Below the pieces are notes generated by a model that had not been told where the DNA came from, did no database searches, and saw only the letters and a program-made list of their open reading frames with translations. Shown in pieces: positions 9,858 to 19,719 of a stretch of 45,229 bases of DNA. The stretch comes from Caulobacter sp. (lineage in GTDB: Bacteria; Pseudomonadota; Alphaproteobacteria; Caulobacterales; Caulobacteraceae): positions 1 through 45,229 of the forward strand of contig JASGDR010000125.1 of the NCBI GenBank assembly GCA_047607095.1, read 5' to 3'. A program made the position numbers and the translations under genes. Within the stretch, counting starts at the first letter, position 1, and each line of letters opens with the position of its first letter.

Positions 9858-12611
9858 CTACTTCACAGCCTTCCCATCCGCGTCGATCACCTGGATGTCG
9901 AGCTTCAGGGCCTTGAGCTTGGGCTCGATGACGGCGCGGTCGCCGACGATCACCCAGACCAGCTCGTCCGGCTTGACGGCCTTCTTCGCCGCCGCCGTGA
10001 CGCTGTCGACGGTCACCGCCCGAACGTCGGCCGGATATTCATCGAAATAGCCGTCGGGCAGGCCGTAATTGACCAGCTCGCCGATAGAGTCGGCCACGGC
10101 CTCGCCGGTCTCCCAGCTGCCGGGCATCGACAGGGTCAGGCTGTTCTGGGCCTTGGCCAGTTCCGCCGGGGTGGCCGGGCGCGGGCCGATGATGTCGGTC
10201 AGCTCCTTGCGGGCCTCGGCGAAGGACTCGGCGGTCTTGTCGGTCTGCACGGGCGCGCGGATCAGGAACAGGCGCGAGCCGCGGGCGTCGCGGACGCCCG
10301 AGAAGGCGCCGTACGACCAGTGCTTGTCCTCGCGCAGGTTCATGTTCAGGCGCGAGACGAAATCGCCGCCGAACAGGCTGTTGAAGGCGTCCAGCGCCGC
10401 CTGGTCGTCAGGATTGCGCGGCGGCACGAGGTTGCCGGCGGCGATCACCGACTGCTGGGCGCCGGGCTTGTCGATCAGGTAGACCGCGGCCTTGCTCGGG
10501 GCCGACTGCACCGGCGGCTTCGACTTGGTCGGAGCGCCCTTCCAGCCGCCAAGCTGGGCTTCCAGCTTCGGCAGCAGCGTGGCCATCGTGGTGTCGCCGA
10601 CCACCACCAGGGTCGAGCCCTGGGGCTGCAGCCAGGTCTTCTGGAAGCGCACCAGGTCGTCGCGCTGGATCGAGGCGATCGAGGCTTCGGTCGTCAGCTG
10701 GCCGTAGGGCGAGCCCGCGCCGTAGGTCAGCACCGGCAGGATGCGGCTCGACATCGCCTGCGGGTTCTGCTTGGCCTGCTGGATGGCGGCGATGTTCTGC
10801 TTCTTGAACCGGTCGAGGTCTTCCGGCTTGAAGGCCGGATTCTGCAGCACGTCGGCATAGATCGCCAGGGCGGGATCAAGGGTGGAGGTCAGGGTGTTCA
10901 GCGTGACCTGAGTGAAGTCCAGGCCGCTGCCCGAGCCGACGCCCGCGCCCAGCTGGGCCAGTTCGCGGCTGATGGTCAGGCCGTCGCGGTGCGTCGTGCC
11001 CTCGGTCAGCATGCTGGTGGTGACGCCGGTCAGGCCGGCCTTGTCGCCGGCGCTGGCGGCGACGCCGGCGTCGAACAGCAGGCCCATGCGGATCTGCGGC
11101 GTCTCGTGGCGTTCGGCCAGGATCACCTTGATCCCGTTCGACAGGGTGGCGCGCTCCAGCTTGACGAAGGCCGGCGGCTTGGTCGGGCCGACCTCGGGCA
11201 TCGTCTTGCGGTCGGCGCCGGCGGTGGTCGTATAGGCCGGGAACGGCGTCACGGTCAGGGTGAAGTCGCCGTCGGTCAGCCAGGCCTTGCCGGCCGCCTG
11301 CAGCTGGCCGGCGGATGCGCCGCGGATGCGCTCCAGGCTCTTCTTGTAGGCGTCGGGCGAGCCGAGGAACACCTGGCTCTCGGCCAGGATATCGGACTTG
11401 CCGCCGAAGCCGCCGATGCGCTCGGCCCCGCGCACGAAGTTCGACAGGCTCAGCGTGCGGACCTTGGCCACTTCCTCGGGGGTGGGGCCGTCGCGCAGCA
11501 GGCGCTGGAACTCCTCGTCGAAGGCCTTCTCCACCGCCGCCGGGTCGCCGCCCGGCTTGACGGTGATGGTGACCATGAACTGGCTGCCGATCTCGCTGTC
11601 GTTGACGCCGGCGCCGACGTTGACGGCGGTCTGGTCGGTGTAGACCAGGCGCTTGTAGAGCCGCGAGGTCTTGTCCGAGACCAGCACGTCGCCCAGCAGG
11701 GCCAGGTAGTCGGACTCCGCCGAACCGTAGCCCGGGATGTTCCAGATCTTGTAGATGCGGGCCTGGGGCACGCGGTCCTGCATGTCGGCGCGCTGGCTGC
11801 CGGTGCGCTTGGCGACCCAGGCCTTCTGGCGGGTGATGGGCGGACCCGAGGGGATGTCGCCGAAGTACTTCTCGACCTTGGCCTTGGCTTCGGCGGGCGT
11901 GATGTCGCCGGCCAGCACGAGGGTGGCGTTGGCCGGGCCGTAGTAGTTCTTGAACCAGTCCTTGACGTCGTCCAGCGAGGCCGCGTCCAGGTCCTCCATC
12001 TCGCCGATGACCGTGTGGCCGTAGGGGTGGTCGGCGTCGTAGGTGCTGGCCGTGATCACGTCCCAGACCTGACCGTAGGGCTGGTTCTGGCCCTGGCGCT
12101 TCTCGTTCTGGACGACGCCGCGCTGCTCGTCGAGCTTGGCCTTGTCGATGGCGCCGACGAGGTGCCCCATCCGGTCGCTTTCGAGCCACAGCACCTGGTC
12201 CAGGGCCGCGGTCGGCACGTTCTGGAAGTAGTTGGTGCGGTCCTCGTTGGTGGTGCCGTTCATGTCGGTGGCGCCCAGCTTCTCCAGCGCCTTGAACCAG
12301 TCGTCGTTGAAGTTCTCCGAGCCGTTGAACATCAGGTGCTCGAAGAGGTGGGCGAAGCCGGTGCGGCGCTTGGGTTCGTTCTTGGAGCCGACGTGGTACC
12401 AGACGTTCACCGCCACGATCGGGGCCTTGTGGTCCTCGTGGACGATCACCGTCAGGCCGTTGGGCAGGGTGAACTTGGTGTAGGCGATGTCGACGTCGGG
12501 CAGCTGGGCCAGCTGGCCGGTGACCTTGGCGGCCGGCTTGGGCGCGGCCTGGGCCAGCACCGGGTTGGCGAGGAGCAACGCCGCGACGGCGGCGGAGGCG
12601 AACAGCTTCAT
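9858..12611 (-). CDS. Secreted M16 family zinc protease (PqqL/insulinase-like, two-half fusion)
   Basis: Signal peptide; TLPNGL, GFAHLFEHLMF (inverted HxxEH), EKRQ, LREDKHWSYG; second TLSNGI half. Confidence 0.92.
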   Translation of the reverse strand: MKLFASAAVAALLLANPVLAQAAPKPAAKVTGQLAQLPDVDIAYTKFTLPNGLTVIVHEDHKAPIVAVNVWYHVGSKNEPKRRTGFAHLFEHLMFNGSENFNDDWFKALEKLGATDMNGTTNEDRTNYFQNVPTAALDQVLWLESDRMGHLVGAIDKAKLDEQRGVVQNEKRQGQNQPYGQVWDVITASTYDADHPYGHTVIGEMEDLDAASLDDVKDWFKNYYGPANATLVLAGDITPAEAKAKVEKYFGDIPSGPPITRQKAWVAKRTGSQRADMQDRVPQARIYKIWNIPGYGSAESDYLALLGDVLVSDKTSRLYKRLVYTDQTAVNVGAGVNDSEIGSQFMVTITVKPGGDPAAVEKAFDEEFQRLLRDGPTPEEVAKVRTLSLSNFVRGAERIGGFGGKSDILAESQVFLGSPDAYKKSLERIRGASAGQLQAAGKAWLTDGDFTLTVTPFPAYTTTAGADRKTMPEVGPTKPPAFVKLERATLSNGIKVILAERHETPQIRMGLLFDAGVAASAGDKAGLTGVTTSMLTEGTTHRDGLTISRELAQLGAGVGSGSGLDFTQVTLNTLTSTLDPALAIYADVLQNPAFKPEDLDRFKKQNIAAIQQAKQNPQAMSSRILPVLTYGAGSPYGQLTTEASIASIQRDDLVRFQKTWLQPQGSTLVVVGDTTMATLLPKLEAQLGGWKGAPTKSKPPVQSAPSKAAVYLIDKPGAQQSVIAAGNLVPPRNPDDQAALDAFNSLFGGDFVSRLNMNLREDKHWSYGAFSGVRDARGSRLFLIRAPVQTDKTAESFAEARKELTDIIGPRPATPAELAKAQNSLTLSMPGSWETGEAVADSIGELVNYGLPDGYFDEYPADVRAVTVDSVTAAAKKAVKPDELVWVIVGDRAVIEPKLKALKLDIQVIDADGKAVK

Positions 12612-12749
12612 GAAGAGCCCCGAATAGCTTTTTCGCGCAAAGCGAAGATGCCCCGCACCATAGGTTGCGGGGGCTCCGGGACAAGCAAGCGGCGTACGCC
12701 GCCGGATTAAATTTCGTCCAGAAAGCGGGGCTTTGTCTCAACCCAACAC

Positions 12750-12849
12750 CCGTAAAATCCCCGCGAAAGCGGGGACCCAGGCTTTTTCTGAAATCAACGG
12801 TGCTCGACGATAAAACACCTGGATCCCCGCTTTCGCGGGGATTTTGCGG
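12750..12849. repeat. Inverted pair of REP-like units (family B)
   Basis: CCGTAAAATCCCCGCGAAAGCGGGGACCCAGG ... CCTGGATCCCCGCTTTCGCGGGGATTTTGCGG with an AT-rich spacer; each arm has an internal GAAA hairpin. Confidence 0.85.
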
Positions 12850-12855
12850 AAGAGA

Positions 12856-13884
12856 CTATTCCGCCGGAATAGCCTCAGGAGCAGCCACCTCGGCCTTCAC
12901 CATGACCATCGGCTTGAGGTTGAGGTCGAGGAACAGGCGGCTGTCGTCGTCCATGTCGGGCAGCGGCGTGGTCAGCAGCTTGCCGCCGACGAAGATCGAG
13001 TTGGCGCCGGCCATGAAGCACAGGGCCTGCAGCTCGCGGCCCATGCCCTCGCGGCCGGCCGACAGGCGGACCATGGCCTTGGGGCAGACGATGCGGGCCA
13101 CGGCGATGGTGCGCACGAACTCGATGGAGTCGATCGCCTTGTCGCCGTCGGCGAGGATCTCGTCGCCCAGCGGCGTGCCGCTGATCGGGACGAGGCCGTT
13201 GATCGGCAGGCTGTCGGGGTGCGAGGGCAGGGTGGCCAGCTGGTGCAGCAGGCCGGCGCGGTCGCGGCGGGTCTCGCCCATGCCGACGATGCCGCCGCAG
13301 CAGGTGCTCATGCCCGCGTCGCGCACGTGGGCCAGGGTGTCGAGGCGCTCCTGGTAGGTGCGGGTCGTCACCACGTCCTTGTAGTAGTCCGGACCGGTGT
13401 CGAGGTTGTGGTTGTAGTAGTCGAGGCCGGCGTCCTTCAGCTGCTTGGCCTGCTCGGCCGTCAGCATGCCCAGGGTGGCGCAGGTCTCCATGCCCAGCGC
13501 CTTCACGCCGCCGATCATCTCGGCCAGCTTCGGCAGGTCGCGGTCCTTCAGTTCGCGCCAGGCCGCGCCCATGCAGAAGCGCTGGGCGCCGCCGGCCCGG
13601 GCCGCCTTGGCCTTGGCGATGACCACGGCCGGCTCCATCAGCTTCTCGGCCTTCAGGCCGGTCTTGTGATGGGCGCTCTGGCTGCAGTAGCCGCAGTTCT
13701 CGGCGCAGCCGCCGGTCTTGACCGACAGCAGCTGCGACAGCTGCATCTCGGAGGGGTCGAACCAGGCGCGGTGGACGCGCGCGGCTTCGAACACCAGCTC
13801 CATGAACGGCAGGGCGAACAGGGCCTCGACCTCGGCGAGGGTCCAGTCGTGGCGGGGCTGTGCGGAGATGTTGATCGACGTCAT
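12856..13884 (-). CDS. bioB: Biotin synthase
   Basis: [16 protein letters not shown] radical-SAM motif, [32 protein letters not shown]. Start at MTSINIS (13884). Confidence 0.96.
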   Translation of the reverse strand: MTSINISAQPRHDWTLAEVEALFALPFMELVFEAARVHRAWFDPSEMQLSQLLSVKTGGCAENCGYCSQSAHHKTGLKAEKLMEPAVVIAKAKAARAGGAQRFCMGAAWRELKDRDLPKLAEMIGGVKALGMETCATLGMLTAEQAKQLKDAGLDYYNHNLDTGPDYYKDVVTTRTYQERLDTLAHVRDAGMSTCCGGIVGMGETRRDRAGLLHQLATLPSHPDSLPINGLVPISGTPLGDEILADGDKAIDSIEFVRTIAVARIVCPKAMVRLSAGREGMGRELQALCFMAGANSIFVGGKLLTTPLPDMDDDSRLFLDLNLKPMVMVKAEVAAPEAIPAE

Positions 13885-13992
13885 GGCGGGCAGGTTTGAA
13901 CTTGGGCGATCCGAATGGCAAGACGGCCCGCGCATCGGTAGTCCTCTCGCGCTACGGAAGCCAAACCCCGTCACGCTGGTTATAGTCGGATC

Positions 13993-15486
13993 ATGGACCG
14001 CGAAATCGAACTGAAGTTCCTGATCGCCCCGGAAGCCTCCGACGCGGTCCTGGCCCGTCTGGACGGTCGCGAGGCCGTGCGCCGGCTCGACGCCACCTAT
14101 TACGACACCGCCGACCACGCCCTGCGCCGGGCGGGCTTCGGCCTGCGGGTGCGCGACGGCGACGGCGGCCGCAAGCAGACCCTGAAATCGGCCTCGGCCG
14201 GCGGCGTCTTCGCCCGCGGCGAATGGGAGGCCCCGGTCAGCGGTCCCGGTCCCGACCGCGACCTGCTGGACCAGACCCCGGCCGGCCGCATCGTCAACGG
14301 CGACGTCCTGTCTCCGGTCTTCGCCGCCAAGGTCGAGCGCACCCTGCGCCTGGTCGAGCGCGGCGGGGCCACCATCGAGGCGGCGCTGGACCGCGGCGAG
14401 CTGCAGGCCGGAGCCGATCGCGCCGCCGTCAGCGAGCTGGAGCTAGAACTGAAGACCGGCGCGCCGGCCGCGTTGTTCGACCTGGCCCGCGACCTGATGG
14501 CCCATGCGCCGCTGCGCCTGTCGCTGGTCAGCAAGGCCGAGCGCGGCTACGCCCTGGCCCTGGGCGCGGCGCCGTCCGCGCGGCGCGAGGCGGCCGTGCT
14601 GACGCCGGACATGACCGCGGCCGAGGCCTTTCAGGCCCTGGGCAACACCGCGCTCGGGCGCCTCTGCGCCGCCGCCGAGACCCTGGCCGACTTGCCCGGT
14701 CCCGAAGCCGTGCACGAACTGCGCGTGGCCGCCCGCCGCCTGCGGGCGCTGATCAAGCTCTTCCGTCCGCTGACCGGCAAGCTGGCCGCCACGCCGGCGT
14801 CGCAGGCGCTGAAGGCCCTGGCCGACGCCCTGGGTCCGGCCCGCGATCTCGACGTCTACATCGCCGGCGTCTGGCGTCCGGCCGTCTCGGCGGACCCGCA
14901 GCCGGTCGAGGGGCTGGGGGCGTTGGGCAAGGCCCTGGTCGAGGCCCAGCAGGGCGCCTACGCCCGTGCGATCGAGGCCGCCGGGCCGGAGCGCTTCGGT
15001 CCGCTGGCGCTGGACGTCGCGGCCTGGCTGGAGACCGGCGACTGGCTGGACGATCCCGAACGCGTCGAGGCCCGCCGCACGCCGGCCGAGGCCTTCGCGG
15101 CCCACCGGCTCAAGGCGCTGTCCAAGGACGTGCTGGCGCGCGGCGGAAACTTCGAGGCCCTGGACGCCGAGGCCCGCCACCGTCTGCGCATCCACGGCAA
15201 GGGCCTGCGCTACGCCATCGACGCCTTGGCCCCGCTGTTTCCCGGCCATCCCAAGCGGCTGGAGCGGTGGTCGGCGGCGACGCGCCTGCTGCAGGACGCC
15301 CTGGGCGGCCTCAACGACGCGGTCCTGGGCGCGGATCTCGCCCGCGCCGCCGCCCTGGCCGACGGCGATCCGGAAGCCGCCTACGCCGCCGGCCGCTTGT
15401 CGGCCGCGCCCGAGGCGACGGCCGCCCTGGTCCGCGACGCCAAGGCGGCGCTGGACGAGCTGGCGGAGCTCAAGCCGTTCTGGTGA
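13993..15486 (+). CDS. CYTH + CHAD domain protein (inorganic triphosphatase/polyphosphate-binding, YgiF-like)
   Basis: EIELK, YYDT, LRVR, QTLK, ELELELK, SKAERGY; CHAD motifs [33 protein letters not shown]. Confidence 0.9.
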   Translation: MDREIELKFLIAPEASDAVLARLDGREAVRRLDATYYDTADHALRRAGFGLRVRDGDGGRKQTLKSASAGGVFARGEWEAPVSGPGPDRDLLDQTPAGRIVNGDVLSPVFAAKVERTLRLVERGGATIEAALDRGELQAGADRAAVSELELELKTGAPAALFDLARDLMAHAPLRLSLVSKAERGYALALGAAPSARREAAVLTPDMTAAEAFQALGNTALGRLCAAAETLADLPGPEAVHELRVAARRLRALIKLFRPLTGKLAATPASQALKALADALGPARDLDVYIAGVWRPAVSADPQPVEGLGALGKALVEAQQGAYARAIEAAGPERFGPLALDVAAWLETGDWLDDPERVEARRTPAEAFAAHRLKALSKDVLARGGNFEALDAEARHRLRIHGKGLRYAIDALAPLFPGHPKRLERWSAATRLLQDALGGLNDAVLGADLARAAALADGDPEAAYAAGRLSAAPEATAALVRDAKAALDELAELKPFW

Positions 15487-15582
15487 GCTCCGTCCCTTGG
15501 GCGGGTTCGATGGTCGGCGATCGAGGCGAAAACCTCGTCCCTCGACAGCCTCGGAGCGAGGACCTCGCACCGAGCATTCGCG

Positions 15583-16299
15583 TCAGTTCTGCCCTTTGGG
15601 CAGCACCGTCATCCGGTAGGGGATGAACAGCGCCAGCTCCAGCGGGCCCGACTGGTACCACGAGACCGGCAGTTGCAGCCCCTCGACCGAGACCGCGTAT
15701 TGCGGGCCGAAGGCGGCCGAGGCGCGGCGGGCGTCCTCGGCGACCAGGGTGATGACTTCGGGCCGATGTTTCTGGGGACCGATCAGCGTCAGGTTCCAGG
15801 CCTCGCTGGGCAGGATCTCGGTGCGGCCCACCGTCGGCGTCTTGTCGGCGAAGGCCATGATGCGGCCCGTGGCGGCGTCGAAGCTGTCGCCTGGGGCGAC
15901 GCGGGTCTTGACCACCAACACGGCCTGGCTGGTGTCGGGCCGCGTATCGGGCTTGATCACCCCGTCCAGCATGGTGTCGTCGAAAGCGCCGATGATCTCG
16001 TCGCCCAGGCCCAGTTCGACGCCGGCGGCCGGCGCGGCCTTGATCATGTTGCGCAGGGTGGCCTTCAGCTCGTTGCGCCGCTGGCTGAGGTCGCGCGTGT
16101 CGCAGGTCACTCGCACCACGGTGATCAGGTTGTCGGCGCGCTTCTTCAGCGTCACGTAGGGCGTCTTGACGGGGTCGTACTCCGTCAGCCGGGCGGCGGT
16201 GACGACGATTTCCGAAATGTCCTCGTTCTGCGCCCGCGCCGGAGCGCTCGCCAGGCCCAGCGCCGCGATCGCAGCGGCCGCCGCCATCCAGGTCTTCAT
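15583..16299 (-). CDS. Secreted protein with TonB-box-like N-terminus and possible SIMPL/DUF541-like body
   Basis: MKTWM... signal peptide ending ARA/Q, then EDISEIVVTAAR. GGGGAG RBS before ATG 16299. About 238 aa with no beta-barrel. Confidence 0.7.
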   Translation of the reverse strand: MKTWMAAAAAIAALGLASAPARAQNEDISEIVVTAARLTEYDPVKTPYVTLKKRADNLITVVRVTCDTRDLSQRRNELKATLRNMIKAAPAAGVELGLGDEIIGAFDDTMLDGVIKPDTRPDTSQAVLVVKTRVAPGDSFDAATGRIMAFADKTPTVGRTEILPSEAWNLTLIGPQKHRPEVITLVAEDARRASAAFGPQYAVSVEGLQLPVSWYQSGPLELALFIPYRMTVLPKGQN

Positions 16300-16368
16300 G
16301 CCCGTCTCCCCTGATGCCCGTCTCCACCTTAGGCGGAGTTCGGCGGAGGGCAACATCGCCGGGCGAGA

Positions 16369-17217
16369 CTAGTTCCGCGCGGTATAGCCCCGCGCCGCCA
16401 GGAAGGCGTTCAGCGTGGCGTCGCCGTCGCGATCGGCCTGCGGGTCGATGTCGAAGTCGCTTTCCTGGTTGGCCAGGTTGCGCGTCAGCAGATGGCCGAG
16501 GTGGGGATAGGCCTTGAGCTCGCAAACCCCGCCGGCCGCCTTCAGGTTGGCGCAGAAGGTTTCCGCGCCGCTCAGCGGCGTCAGGGTGTCGGCCGCGCCC
16601 TGGATGATCGCCGTCGGCGGTCCGCCCCTGGCCGACAGGCTGACGGGCGAGATCGCGGCCGGGTCGCCGCCGGCCATCAGCTTGCGGAACCAGCCGTCCC
16701 GCGCCACGTCCAGGGCCGGCGACCACAACAGCATCAGGTCCGGACCCTTGGCCCCGCCGGGGCAGGCGCCCAGTCCGGCGGAGGCCACCAGCTGGCCGCC
16801 GGCGCTGACGCCGTAGCCCGCCACGCGCGCCGGATCGATCCCCAGCCGTCCGGCGTTGGCCCGCGCCCAGGCGAAGGCGTCGCAGGCGTCGGCCAGGGCG
16901 TCGGCGGGGGTCGCGCCGCCGCGCGACAGCCGGTACTCGATCGGAATGGCCACCAGGCCCTGGGCGTTCAGCACCCTGGCCGCGGCGTAGGTCCAGGCCG
17001 GTTCGCCGACGCTCCATCCGCCGCCGTGGAAGATCAGCGCCGCCGCGCGCGGGGCGGCGGCGGCCTTCGCCGGCGTGAAGACGTGGGCCGAAAGCGCGCG
17101 CTCGCCCACCGTCTTGTAGGTCTCGATACGGGGCGCGGCGGGCTTGGGCTGGGCCTGGACCGAGCCCGCCGCCAACCACAGGCCTACGACGATCATGGCT
17201 GTCGCGAAAGACTTCAT
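16369..17217 (-). CDS. Secreted alpha/beta hydrolase (HSL-type esterase)
   Basis: Signal peptide, FHGGGW, EYRL, GVSAGG nucleophile elbow, QGAAD, GH. Confidence 0.88.
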   Translation of the reverse strand: MKSFATAMIVVGLWLAAGSVQAQPKPAAPRIETYKTVGERALSAHVFTPAKAAAAPRAAALIFHGGGWSVGEPAWTYAAARVLNAQGLVAIPIEYRLSRGGATPADALADACDAFAWARANAGRLGIDPARVAGYGVSAGGQLVASAGLGACPGGAKGPDLMLLWSPALDVARDGWFRKLMAGGDPAAISPVSLSARGGPPTAIIQGAADTLTPLSGAETFCANLKAAGGVCELKAYPHLGHLLTRNLANQESDFDIDPQADRDGDATLNAFLAARGYTARN

Positions 17218-17294
17218 GCCGGTCCCCTCGGTTGTGCCCTTGAAACTCTGGCGCGAAGCGGGCGGTCTCGCCAGTTACAAGAGCGACAGGCGGG

Positions 17295-19394
17295 TCATTC
17301 GCCCTTCTTCGATCCCGCCTGGGTGGTCTGGGTGGTGCGCACCGCCACGCCGTCGCCGCGCGCCTGGGCGACCAGGGCCGCGCAGTCGGCGTCCTTTTCC
17401 AGGCCCGGGGTCACGAACGGCAGGATGGCGGCCAGCGGGTTGACCAGCGAGGCCAGGGCCGCGGCGACGCCGCCCTGGGCGAAGGCCCCGCCGGTCTGCA
17501 GTTCGATGCGCGGCGCGCCGAACGGGCCCTTGATCTCGATCGGGATGAACAGCCGCACCAGGCGGGGCTTCTTGCTGTCGCCCTCGATCCGCAGGTCCAG
17601 CCGTTCGCTCTGCAGGTTGATCGTGCCCTCGCCCTTGGCCAGGACCACGCCGGTGTCGGCGATGATCTTGTCGGCGCGCATGACGCCGTTCCTGACGTCG
17701 AAGCTGGCCACGGCGCAGCGCAGGCTGGTCTCCTTGGGATCCTTCGACAGCAGCATCAGCAGGCCCTTGGAGGCGTTGACGCCCAGCAGCTCGGCGAAGG
17801 CCTGGCGCACCTGGCCCTTCGGCGCCACCAGCGTCACCGTGCCGTTCGACGAGGCTGCGGCCCGGTGCACCGAATCGCCCGTCCCGCGCAGCTTGGCCCG
17901 GGCGACGACGCCGCCTTCGATGGCCGGCTTTCCGGCCGTCTTCAGCGGAATGAAGTCCTCCAGCTTGGCGTTGGTCAGGCGCAGGTCCAGGTCGGTGACC
18001 GGCACGTTCGGCCGCGCGTCCAGCCGCACCTTCCCCGCGAGATCGCCGCGCGAGAAGGTGAAGGCGATCGGGTCCATGTTCAGCACGCCCTTGTCCAGCG
18101 TCAGGTCCAGCCGAACTTTCTTCAGCGGCAGGTTGGGAGCGTTCACCGCCAGGGCGCGGTAGGTGACCTTGGCGTCCATGGCCCGCACGCGGTCGACCTG
18201 CAGGGTGGCGTCGGGCAGCAGACGGCCGGTGGCTTCGCGCTGGCCGGCCTCGACCTTCTGGCCGGCCGAGGCGGTCTCGCCCTTGCCGGTCGCCGGGGCG
18301 GCGCCGACCAGGCTGCCCAGGTCGTCGAAGTCGAGGCGCCTGGAGCGCAGATCGGCCTCCAGGTAGGGGCGCTCGCGATCGACCAGCACGAACAGGTCGC
18401 CGTCGACGTCGCTGTCGCCGATGCGCCCGGAGAACTTCTGGAAGTCGAACCGGCCGCCCTTGCGCGTCAGGCGTCCGCTGATCCGGTAGGGCGGGGTGTT
18501 GGGCAGGGTCAGGCCGGTCAGGCCGTAGAGGCGGTTCAGGTCGCTGCCGGCGATGGTCAGGTCGCTCTCGAACCGGTTCAGGTCGAACGGTTTGGTGATC
18601 GAGCCCTCGGCGGCGATGCGGGTGGTGCCGGCCGAGACGCGGGCGTCGAACGGGTAGGGCCTGTCGGGCGTGATGTTCAGCAGCGGGCCGCCGGTCACCC
18701 GGGCCGTGAACGGCGAGCGGTTGTACTGGCCGTCGCCCTCCAGCACGAACCGGCCCTTGCCGTCGCCGCTGGCGTGCTCGTTGGAATTGACCGTGCCGAC
18801 GAACAGCACCTGGCGCTGCCGGTCCTCGACCCGCAGTCGGCCCTCGTTGATGATGAAGTGCTGGATGGCGGGCAGCTTCAGGGCCTTGCCGTCGCTCTTC
18901 CGGTTCGGATCGCCGAAGGTCCAGTTGGCGCGGCCCGAGGCCTCGCGCAGCAGGCGCACGTCCGGCCGGTCGACCGCCAGCAGCGGCAGGATGACGTCGC
19001 CCTTCAGCAGCGGCAGCAGCTTGATCTGCACGGCCACGCGGTCGACGCGGGCCATGTGGCCGGCCTGCGGTCCGGTCTTGGGCGCCCAGTCGGGCTGGCC
19101 CAAATACAGGCCGTAGGCCTCGGCCTTGGGCGAGAACGACCAGGGATGGACGCGCAGGTCGCCTTCGATCCGTACTTCGCGCTTCAGCTGGGCCGAGGCG
19201 AAGCGGCCGACCGGGCCGCGCAGCATGTTCCAGTCGAACCAGACGACGAAGGCGACGATCGCCGCCAGGATCAGCAGCGCGCCGCCGATCCCCCAGCGCG
19301 CGGCGCGCGGCAGGTCGCGCCAAGACCGGCGTCGGGGCGTGGCGTTGACCTCGGGCGGAGGCGGCGGCGGGGGCGTAACGGAACCTTCCGGCAT
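17295..19394 (-). CDS. AsmA family protein (YhjG-like)
   Basis: N-terminal TM helix, FDWNMLR, NWTF, LPNTPPY, GRIGDSD, LDFDDL, LRCAV, beta-rich body. Confidence 0.88.
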   Translation of the reverse strand: MPEGSVTPPPPPPPEVNATPRRRSWRDLPRAARWGIGGALLILAAIVAFVVWFDWNMLRGPVGRFASAQLKREVRIEGDLRVHPWSFSPKAEAYGLYLGQPDWAPKTGPQAGHMARVDRVAVQIKLLPLLKGDVILPLLAVDRPDVRLLREASGRANWTFGDPNRKSDGKALKLPAIQHFIINEGRLRVEDRQRQVLFVGTVNSNEHASGDGKGRFVLEGDGQYNRSPFTARVTGGPLLNITPDRPYPFDARVSAGTTRIAAEGSITKPFDLNRFESDLTIAGSDLNRLYGLTGLTLPNTPPYRISGRLTRKGGRFDFQKFSGRIGDSDVDGDLFVLVDRERPYLEADLRSRRLDFDDLGSLVGAAPATGKGETASAGQKVEAGQREATGRLLPDATLQVDRVRAMDAKVTYRALAVNAPNLPLKKVRLDLTLDKGVLNMDPIAFTFSRGDLAGKVRLDARPNVPVTDLDLRLTNAKLEDFIPLKTAGKPAIEGGVVARAKLRGTGDSVHRAAASSNGTVTLVAPKGQVRQAFAELLGVNASKGLLMLLSKDPKETSLRCAVASFDVRNGVMRADKIIADTGVVLAKGEGTINLQSERLDLRIEGDSKKPRLVRLFIPIEIKGPFGAPRIELQTGGAFAQGGVAAALASLVNPLAAILPFVTPGLEKDADCAALVAQARGDGVAVRTTQTTQAGSKKGE

Positions 19395-19463
19395 GCGCCT
19401 ACAACGCGCGGCGGACGCCGTTTCGTTCCAAGACAGGCTCGGGCGGAGGACCCGGCCCCGGCT

Positions 19464-19568
19464 TTAGTAGACGAGTTTCAGGCTGCCGACGAAGACGGCG
19501 GCCGCCACGAAGGCGACGATGGCCACGATTTCATAGGCCTTGAAGAAAGGCCGGCTCGGCGAGCGCAT
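19464..19568 (-). CDS. Small single-TM protein, 34 aa (MRSPSRPFFKAYEIVAIVAFVAAAVFVGSLKLVY)
   Basis: GGGGGA RBS, ATG at 19568, TAA at 19464, mostly G/C-ending codons, one hydrophobic helix. Not in the ORF track. Confidence 0.65.
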   Translation of the reverse strand: MRSPSRPFFKAYEIVAIVAFVAAAVFVGSLKLVY

Positions 19569-19668
19569 GTTCGATAGTCCCCCGGATCCCACTTTGACAC
19601 TTGAGACGCCTTCGCGCGCAAGGGTCACGCCAGTTCCCCCAGGACGGGTTTCGTTTCGCCCCCTGCGG

Positions 19669-19688
19669 ACATAAGGAAATCTTTATGT
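19669..19688. promoter_or_regulatory. AT-rich 20-bp imperfect palindrome, probable SahR operator of ahcY
   Basis: ACATAAGGAAATCTTTATGT immediately upstream of the -35; fits the SahR-type operator expected before proteobacterial ahcY. Confidence 0.65.
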
Positions 19689-19692
19689 GAAT

Positions 19693-19719
19693 TTGCCACT
19701 GTCTTTCCCGCACGCTATA
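19693..19719 (+). promoter_or_regulatory. Sigma70-type promoter of ahcY
   Basis: TTGCCA ... GCTATA matches the Caulobacter housekeeping consensus. Confidence 0.6.

Noticed and set aside
9849-12710. 953-aa + strand ORF, and similar long shadow ORFs (4118-5863, 17865-19577, 19715-21136, 27227-29137, 35802-38006, 41674-43434)
   Set aside because: They are antisense or frame-shifted shadows of well-supported genes, expected in high-GC DNA, and have no recognisable motifs.
13885-14118. N-terminal ORF-track extensions (bioB, also pseB, chvG, Ubi hydroxylase, OmpA, AKR, glmS)
   Set aside because: The extensions overlap neighbouring genes or promoters. Downstream starts fit RBS positions and family N-termini; for example GlmS needs Cys at position 2.
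15520-15575. CCTCGTCCCTCGACAGCCTCGGAGCGAGG, a possible degenerate REP unit
   Set aside because: Too degenerate to assign without a genome-wide alignment.
19403-19429. GGAAC-N18-CGTT on the minus strand upstream of asmA, a possible SigT promoter
   Set aside because: Spacer is one base longer than the N16-17 consensus; plausible but not supportable from sequence alone.
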